64,000 nt of DNA. It comes from a virus. Positions 58,191 through 64,000 of this stretch are shown in pieces. Where the stretch lies: positions 56,773-120,772 of IMG/VR virus record IMGVR_UViG_3300033442_000004. One strand, written 5' to 3'. Every line of letters starts with the position of its first letter. Positions within the stretch are counted from its first letter, which is position 1. Under the pieces are notes generated by a model. It ran no database searches and was not told the DNA's origin. It saw only the letters and a list, made by a program, of their open reading frames with translations. Both the position numbers and the translations under genes were made by a program.

Positions 58191-58819
58191 TCGACCTCCG
58201 TCGTGTTGATCAGCGCCCAGGACACGCCGGCCTCGTCGTAGAGCTGTCCGGCGTCGCGCACGGAGGCGGCCCAGCGGTCCTTCAGGTGCTCGGGCAGCTC
58301 GGGGGCAACGACGCGCTTGATGCCCGCCTGGATGACGTGGAGGGAGCAGCGTTTGCAGGTGATGAAGGGCCAGGTGTAGAGCGTGTAGCCGTGCAGAGGC
58401 TCGCGGGCCGTGAGGATCGCGTTGATCTCGCCGTGGACGACCAGGTCGTACTTGACCTCTCGGTTGTTCAGGCGCTCGTCGGTATCGGCGATCCCGCGAG
58501 GGAAGCCGTTGTAGCCGAAGGAGGCCATGGTCCGGTCGGGGCGGACGATGACGGCTCCTACTTTCGTGCTGGGGTCTTTTGACGCGGTAGAAACCGCCTG
58601 CGCGACCTTGAGAAAGTAGCGATCCCAGCGCTCCTGCTTGAGGCGCGCGAGTTCCAGATCGGGATCGGTCTGCAAGAAGGTCTTCAACCATGCGGCGAGA
58701 CCGGAGTTCGCAACTCGGGTTGCCAGAGAGTCAGCGATGCTGACCAATCCGCTGTCTCGCAGAAACGCGGAAACATCCGGAAATGCTGGGGTAACCTGCG
58801 GTCTGGAACCCGGGAACAT
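58187..58819 (-). CDS. dCMP deaminase-like
   Basis: SKDPSTKVGA, GYNGFPRG, HGEINA, CKRC. Confidence 0.9.
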   Translation of the reverse strand: MFPGSRPQVTPAFPDVSAFLRDSGLVSIADSLATRVANSGLAAWLKTFLQTDPDLELARLKQERWDRYFLKVAQAVSTASKDPSTKVGAVIVRPDRTMASFGYNGFPRGIADTDERLNNREVKYDLVVHGEINAILTAREPLHGYTLYTWPFITCKRCSLHVIQAGIKRVVAPELPEHLKDRWAASVRDAGQLYDEAGVSWALINTTEVE

Positions 58820-59082
58820 CGACTCTCCATTTGCTTTATGATGTTTGCATTAACGCAAACGTAGTGGCGTGACAAGAGGGGGCACGCATTTTCCTGCACG
58901 TCTCAAATCCAGACAGCTGCGACAGAAACACCGTAGAACGCTGGGCTTTGTTGCAGGTGTGGGATTAAGGTTACCGTAGTATAACGGGGAACCACGCCCC
59001 TTGCGTCTGGATGCAAATGCTAATAGCAGTCTGCGCGTAAGCCGGCTCGCCGTGGGCTGGGAACGAGAAGCATTAAAAAAAT

Positions 59083-59394
59083 ATGAAAACGTCGTTTGAA
59101 TACCGCTCATACGTCGTCAGCTTCGACGGGGCGGCCTACCGAGCCGACTCCTCTGACGGGGAGCCCTTCACAATCAGATCCAAGAACATGTTGCGCGTCA
59201 CTCGCGCGATCGACACGTTGTGGAATGCCCTTGACGGGAAGATCCCCGCGCCGGCGTGGCTGCACGGTGCAGCCGACCTCATCGACGTCGATGCCGCTTC
59301 AGAAGCGATGCTTGTGGTCGACCACACACCGACACCCGTCGTGCCTTCGTTCCCGATCGCGCCCGTGCCGGCGACGTTACAAGCCGTGGCCTGA
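59083..59394 (+). CDS. Hypothetical protein (paralog of the N-domain of 59403-60005)
   Basis: ORF divergent from the early operon. Confidence 0.65.
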   Translation: MKTSFEYRSYVVSFDGAAYRADSSDGEPFTIRSKNMLRVTRAIDTLWNALDGKIPAPAWLHGAADLIDVDAASEAMLVVDHTPTPVVPSFPIAPVPATLQAVA

Positions 59395-59402
59395 GGCGCT
59401 CG

Positions 59403-60005
59403 ATGACCACCATTTACCGCAACTACGATGTCCTGAAGCTCGGAGACGCCTTCATCGGCCAGTCGAAGGATGACGAAAGCCTGATGATCTCCCGCAGTCA
59501 GGCACGCCTGATGACCGCAATCGATCAGATGTGGGACGGCCTCGATCGCGGCGCCGCTCCCGCCTGGTTCTCCGGCAGCAGTGCGATTGATCTCGATGCC
59601 GTCAACATCGTCGATGAGAAAGACGCCCCTGAGTCAACGCCATCGGAGACCGATCCTCCTGTCGCCAAGGAATGGCGCGTTCCGTACTGGATGTTCGGTC
59701 TCGCGGCGCTCGCTGTATCTGCGCCAGTCGCGTATGCGATGGACTTCCTGCAGATCGACGCCCGGATCGACGTAATGCTCACCCTTGCGGTGTGCGCCAT
59801 CTCGATCGCCTTCGGCAGGGGCTACGCTTTGGTCATTGCCGGTATCTCCGGCTTCATCGTCAACTTCTTCACGGTCGATCCATTTTTCACCTTTACGTGG
59901 CCGACCGTCAGCGAGATCCTCAACGCCTTTCTGAACTTCGCGGCTGCCTGGGCGATGCCGCTGATCGTTACGGCTGCAGAGCGGTTTCGACCGTCAAAGG
60001 GGTGA
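59403..60005 (+). CDS. Membrane protein with DUF4118-like (KdpD TM) C-terminus
   Basis: About four TM helices with NFF.V.P.FTF motif. Confidence 0.65.
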   Translation: MTTIYRNYDVLKLGDAFIGQSKDDESLMISRSQARLMTAIDQMWDGLDRGAAPAWFSGSSAIDLDAVNIVDEKDAPESTPSETDPPVAKEWRVPYWMFGLAALAVSAPVAYAMDFLQIDARIDVMLTLAVCAISIAFGRGYALVIAGISGFIVNFFTVDPFFTFTWPTVSEILNAFLNFAAAWAMPLIVTAAERFRPSKG

Positions 60006-60627
60006 TCCCGTACGCGAGGCACCGCTTCGTCATGTCAGCGGTGCCGGCTCCGCCAGGAAAGCCAACGGCGCAATTAGGCCGGCCTTCGCGCAGCATCCGC
60101 TCGTTGCGGAATGGGCCCGCCGCCGCGTCGTACAGCTTCCCACGCCTGTTTCTTCTCACCACAGCTCCAGGCCGATCGACGTTGTCCCAATCGGCCTGGT
60201 AGGGGTCGACCGCGATGTTGCGGTCCTCAGCCCACTGGCGAGCCAGCAGATCGGCTCCCGACATCTCCCCCTCAACGATGCAGGTGATCTGCCTGCGCGC
60301 ATGGACGGCGTCGAGAACGCGATACAGCGTGCGTTCGTCGCGATAGTCCCGACCACCGAAGACGACCACGCGGTGGTTCGCCTTCAGCAGGATTGAGTCG
60401 CCATGGCAGCGATGCGGCGCGCAGAAGCAGACAAGGTCGCAGCCGGCGAGGGACGACACGTCCAATTCGGGAAGCTGCTCGCACTCGAACTTGTTGCAGA
60501 CCTGGTCACGGTCGCCATCCTTGCCGATGACGAAGCGGTTGCCCCACGGGGAGCCGCGGCCGATGTAGATCGCACCAGGGGGAGCGTCCCCATGGTGCCT
60601 GTTGTAGACTCGAGGTGCGGACATCAT
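59968..60627 (-). CDS. DUF4326 + SLOG/DUF2493 fusion
   Basis: YIGRGSPWGN...L.CFCAP..CHGD, then GGRDY, GAD.LA..WA, AGP.RN..M, FPGG.GT..M. Confidence 0.8.
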   Translation of the reverse strand: MMSAPRVYNRHHGDAPPGAIYIGRGSPWGNRFVIGKDGDRDQVCNKFECEQLPELDVSSLAGCDLVCFCAPHRCHGDSILLKANHRVVVFGGRDYRDERTLYRVLDAVHARRQITCIVEGEMSGADLLARQWAEDRNIAVDPYQADWDNVDRPGAVVRRNRRGKLYDAAAGPFRNERMLREGRPNCAVGFPGGAGTADMTKRCLAYGITPLTVETALQP

Positions 60628-60917
60628 TGATCCTTCCGCCACGGGTTTTGCTTGCCCGTTCCGCCGAATTGCTTGTCCCAGTTCCATGCGTTGGAAGCGC
60701 GATCCTCTGCGGCATTGAGCGCGTCCTTGACCTTCTCGTAGATCGCCCTTTCTTCGGCCGGGAGGGAGCGGTAGGCTTCGTTTCTCGCTGTTGATTTTGC
60801 GTAATACAGCTCCTCCGCATCCCGTTCCTTTTGCCTCTCCTCAGGTGTCATTTTGGATAGGCGCTCGTTGTCGCGAGCGATCTCTCGACGCGCTCGACCC
60901 GGATTGTTGTGTCCCAT
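60624..60917 (-). CDS. Hypothetical protein
   Basis: Coupled ORF. Confidence 0.6.
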   Translation of the reverse strand: MGHNNPGRARREIARDNERLSKMTPEERQKERDAEELYYAKSTARNEAYRSLPAEERAIYEKVKDALNAAEDRASNAWNWDKQFGGTGKQNPWRKDQ

Positions 60918-60927
60918 TGCCGCGTGC

Positions 60928-61221
60928 TCAGCGCTTCATGTCACATGTGACGGGGGAGCCCTTGAAGTCGAAGTCAGCGACGCCCTTAGTGGCGGTGCAG
61001 AAGTCGAAACCAACCCCATCCTTCTCGGCATGCCACCCGGCCTTGCCGCACTCCGTCTCCTTAATCGTGTAGACTGTACCCTTCCAGGTCAGAGTGTTCG
61101 CGGCGTCGTCCACCTTCAACGTGCTCGTCTTGCCGTGATCCTTGCAGACGTAGTTGTAGGTCGCAGCCTGGGCCTGGCTAAGACCCATGGCGAGTGCGAT
61201 CAGCAGAATTTTCTTCATCAT
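60928..61221 (-). CDS. Secreted hypothetical protein
   Basis: Signal peptide; four Cys. Confidence 0.65.
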   Translation of the reverse strand: MMKKILLIALAMGLSQAQAATYNYVCKDHGKTSTLKVDDAANTLTWKGTVYTIKETECGKAGWHAEKDGVGFDFCTATKGVADFDFKGSPVTCDMKR

Positions 61222-61231
61222 TCGCAGGTCC

Positions 61232-61582
61232 TCAATTCATCCCGTTGGGGCCGAGTCCGATCGCGGTCAGCCTTGCCTTGAGCCGCTCATCGTCCTCGCC
61301 GTCTTCACGCTTGGTCTGGTAGCACTTCGCGGCGTAGTCCAGCTGCTCACCTTCCAGGGGCTGCAGCTGTCCTTCGATGGTCTCCCGCTGCAGCTGCCGC
61401 CGGAAATTCTGGACGGGGAAGGTCCGGTCCATCCGGAGGCCCGGATTGGTGCAGACCGCCTTCACCTCGCCGCCGACGACCTCGGTGGCCTTGAAGTAGA
61501 CCCCCGAGGCAAACCCAACGCTGTCCAGTTTCGTCATGGCCATGCCGGCAATGCGGCCGACCAAATCACTCTCGTCTTGCAT
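61232..61582 (-). CDS. Hypothetical protein
   Basis: AGGAGG RBS; ORF. Confidence 0.6.
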   Translation of the reverse strand: MQDESDLVGRIAGMAMTKLDSVGFASGVYFKATEVVGGEVKAVCTNPGLRMDRTFPVQNFRRQLQRETIEGQLQPLEGEQLDYAAKCYQTKREDGEDDERLKARLTAIGLGPNGMN

Positions 61583-62020
61583 TCAGCCTCCTAAATCACT
61601 CTTCAACCAGCTCAGCTGCTGGCCCATCATCAGGCCCTCCATGGGAACGGTGACCCAGTCGAAGCGCACTTCCAGCGCCTCCATCAGGAATCGCCGATAG
61701 CTCTCTCCCGCTAGGACATGTGCCCAGGTGCCTTCAAGTCTCCGTTCGTCGATCTGGCCGATCACACGCTTGGACCACGCGAGGCGATCCGCCGTGCTCA
61801 TCCGGTTCAGGGTGCGCTCGTACGGCTTCACGAGCGTACCGGGCTCGATCAGCCCGTACTCGGCCGACAGGATGAACCAGCGCTCCGAGTTCCTCCGGGC
61901 CCACTCACGCGCCATGCGAAACCACGGCGAGATGTAGAGGTACTCGGCTAACTCCGGCGTCGAGGATTTGGTTTTGACGCAGGAGACGAACGTCACCCGG
62001 GTCGCCGTCTTCTCGTCCAT
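61583..62020 (-). CDS. DUF6884-like protein
   Basis: VSCVKTK, A..LY.S..F, ILSA.YGL, PYE.TL, G..Y, G.QL.WL. Confidence 0.75.
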   Translation of the reverse strand: MDEKTATRVTFVSCVKTKSSTPELAEYLYISPWFRMAREWARRNSERWFILSAEYGLIEPGTLVKPYERTLNRMSTADRLAWSKRVIGQIDERRLEGTWAHVLAGESYRRFLMEALEVRFDWVTVPMEGLMMGQQLSWLKSDLGG

Positions 62021-62048
62021 CGCATCTCTCTTTCTCAACGGTTCGATC

Positions 62049-62306
62049 TCAGGCTTGTTCGGCCGAGGTCGGTTTCACGGATTCGGCCTCAACGCTTCCC
62101 GAGCAGTCCCCGAAGGGGTTTGGCAGCTTCAGCATCGAGTTCTGGAAGCTGGCGAGCGCTTCCTTCGCCGCCCTGGGAGCAGCCGCGCCCAGTTGCGTTA
62201 CGACCCGTTCCAGCGAGTGCCAGTCGCCGACCACGGGCTGTTCCATCAATGCGTTCGCCCTGGCGTGCAGGTCAGCATTGCCGCGCTTGGTCACTTTCCG
62301 AGACAT
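62049..62306 (-). CDS. Hypothetical protein
   Basis: Coupled ORF. Confidence 0.55.
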   Translation of the reverse strand: MSRKVTKRGNADLHARANALMEQPVVGDWHSLERVVTQLGAAAPRAAKEALASFQNSMLKLPNPFGDCSGSVEAESVKPTSAEQA

Positions 62307-62557
62307 CAGCGGAACTCCTTGCAGGCGTCGCCGCTACGGAACGTCCCGGACGGGCAGGCCGTGCCTGGGATGTACGGGTAGGCGCGGGGCGTGTCCTTGT
62401 GGAGCGCCTCGCATTTCTTGCCGAGACCGACGTAGCCGGTCGGGCAGGCGCCCGTCCTGGTGATGGTCTCCCTGCCGTTCTTCGGAACGGGGTAGGGGGG
62501 CTCAGCCCACGCCGCCGTCGTCAGCAGCAGCGCGATCAGTGTGATGGTGGTCTTCAT
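62306..62557 (-). CDS. Small secreted Cys-rich protein
   Basis: Signal peptide; two CPxG repeats. Confidence 0.65.
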   Translation of the reverse strand: MKTTITLIALLLTTAAWAEPPYPVPKNGRETITRTGACPTGYVGLGKKCEALHKDTPRAYPYIPGTACPSGTFRSGDACKEFR

Positions 62558-62720
62558 GTTCGATTCCCTTCGCGGCCTCCCGTGCTCGGCGCCGCTCCTT
62601 GATCCTTCGGATAGTGTCCTTGACTTGTTCGATCTCGCCGGGACGCGCTCTTCTGGTTGACGGCCCAGAGCGGAACGGTTCGAAGGGGATGTAGTCGCTG
62701 TCGTCAATCAGCTGGCCCAT
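62502..62720 (-). CDS. Small hypothetical protein downstream of the integrase
   Basis: ORF overlapping the integrase stop. Confidence 0.4.
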   Translation of the reverse strand: MGQLIDDSDYIPFEPFRSGPSTRRARPGEIEQVKDTIRRIKERRRAREAAKGIEHEDHHHTDRAAADDGGVG

Positions 62721-64000
62721 AGCTTGTCTCCGATGATGCCGGTCAGTGCCGTGGCGAGAACGCCCTGCACCTCGGTTTTCTCTTTCAGCATGTCGTATTT
62801 GTCGTAGACATCGGTCACGTCGCCGTTGACGTGATCGAGGGTTGCCTTGACGCAGTCGCGCGGTGCTCCAGCCCGGCGGGCGATCGTCGCCGCGGTTCGG
62901 CGCAGGTCGTGCGGCGTGAAGTGCTCCATCTTCAGGAACTCGCGGATGCCGATGCGACCCTGCTTCGGGCGGCCGGTCAGCGCCTGCGAGATCGAGTTCC
63001 TGAGGATCGGTATCTGGTCGAGCCGCTGGGCAACCCGCTTCTCCATATTTTTGAAGCCCTGCTCAAACGGCGTTGGGAACAGCGCGATCTGGCCTTCTTC
63101 CTTGATGGCCTTCGCGATGATCTTGCCGGCGATTCCGTTGACTGGAACGATCACCTCTCGGCGCCGCTTCACCCGGATCTTCGGGATGTGCCACTGAGGG
63201 TCCTTGCCCTTGAGGCTGTGCATCTCCGTGAGCATGGCGCCGGCCGCCTGACCAGGCCGCACCATAGTCGACAGGATCAGCCGCAGCGCGCCGCGGACCG
63301 GCTCCTCGGCGGGCAGGTCAGGGTCGTAGAGCCCGTGCCAGAGGGTCTTGATCTCGCTGTCGTCGAGGACGCGCTCCCGCTTGTGCTCCTGGCCCTGCAA
63401 CGGCAGGTCGGCCAGCGGGTTGACGTCGACGTATTTCCGGCCGGGCAGCTTCGCCCACTTGAAGACCTGGAACAGCTTGGACTGGGTCCGGTTGGCCTGG
63501 ACTGGCGTGTCCTTGGCCTTCTTCTCCAGGTAGCTCATGATCTCGTCGTCGGTCAGGCTCTTGATCGGCCGGCTGCCCCATTTCTGGCGCGGCTCGCTCA
63601 GCAGCTGGACGTCGTTTTTCCAGGAGTCCAGATTGGGCTTGGAATAGCTCTCGATGTACTCGTTGCAGACGTCCTCGAACGTCTTCGTCGCGATGGTCGA
63701 GGTGACCTTGATCTTGGCGATTTTCTCCAGCCTCGGGTCGTTGCCGTTCCGGATGTCGGACCGGTATCCTCGCGCCTTCTCACGCGCCTCTTCGAGGCCG
63801 ACCTCAGGGTACTGGCCAATGGTGACACGGGCGGTGTCGTTGGCGGTGCCGCGGATCTTGTACTTGAACGAGAACGTCTTGGTTCCAGTCTCCGTGACGC
63901 GGAGCATTAGCCCAGGGACCTCGCTGTCGAAGCAGTCGAGGCGGCTTCCTTTTGGGGCCTTCGCGGTCTTGAGGAAGATGTCCGTCAGTCGCTTTTTCAT
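62708..64000 (-). CDS. int: Tyrosine integrase with arm-binding domain
   Basis: GL.LRV...G.KTF, IG.YP...L.EAR; catalytic R, HDLRRT, LDH and Y. Confidence 0.95.
   Translation of the reverse strand: MKKRLTDIFLKTAKAPKGSRLDCFDSEVPGLMLRVTETGTKTFSFKYKIRGTANDTARVTIGQYPEVGLEEAREKARGYRSDIRNGNDPRLEKIAKIKVTSTIATKTFEDVCNEYIESYSKPNLDSWKNDVQLLSEPRQKWGSRPIKSLTDDEIMSYLEKKAKDTPVQANRTQSKLFQVFKWAKLPGRKYVDVNPLADLPLQGQEHKRERVLDDSEIKTLWHGLYDPDLPAEEPVRGALRLILSTMVRPGQAAGAMLTEMHSLKGKDPQWHIPKIRVKRRREVIVPVNGIAGKIIAKAIKEEGQIALFPTPFEQGFKNMEKRVAQRLDQIPILRNSISQALTGRPKQGRIGIREFLKMEHFTPHDLRRTAATIARRAGAPRDCVKATLDHVNGDVTDVYDKYDMLKEKTEVQGVLATALTGIIGDKLWAS

Larger units (their letters stand above)
1400..64000. mobile_element. 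Prophage (contractile tail, temperate); boundaries not determined
   Basis: Terminase, portal, capsid, baseplate, sheath, tube, tape measure, endolysin, spanins, tRNAs and integrase are all present. Confidence 0.95.

Noticed and set aside
58960-58985. CtrA box in the divergent promoter region
   Set aside because: TTAAGGTTACC does not fit TTAA-N7-TTAA.

Overview
The window holds most of a large temperate myovirus-type prophage in a GC-rich alphaproteobacterium, probably Bradyrhizobium. At the left edge (1-748, minus strand) is the 5' part of a gene resembling a NopD/Bel2-5-type type III effector, preceded by a tts box. Left to right the phage carries: small accessory genes; two extra receptor-binding/fibre genes; terminase, portal, scaffold and capsid; Mu-like head completion genes; P2-like baseplate and contractile tail; lysis genes; nucleotide-metabolism genes; an inserted six-gene cassette; and a leftward operon headed by a tyrosine integrase at the right edge. 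No repressor, replication genes or att sites are visible, so the element probably extends beyond the window. The best candidates for new biology are four. (1) A convergent cassette at 48.3-55.4 kb: ParB-like, PD-(D/E)xK-like, SNF2 helicase and ParB-like genes facing a GHKL ATPase and a radical SAM gene; it looks like an undescribed defence or DNA-modification system. (2) About 1.3 kb of non-coding, stem-closed RNA domains ending in an atypical tRNA-Trp, with further structured RNAs before terL and before tRNA-Asn. (3) A 16-bp palindromic operator (TTTGCWT-N2-AWGCAAA) dispersed across the phage. (4) Four GGGAY-loop hairpins covering the scaffold ribosome-binding site. All family assignments come from reading motifs by eye; no database searches were run.
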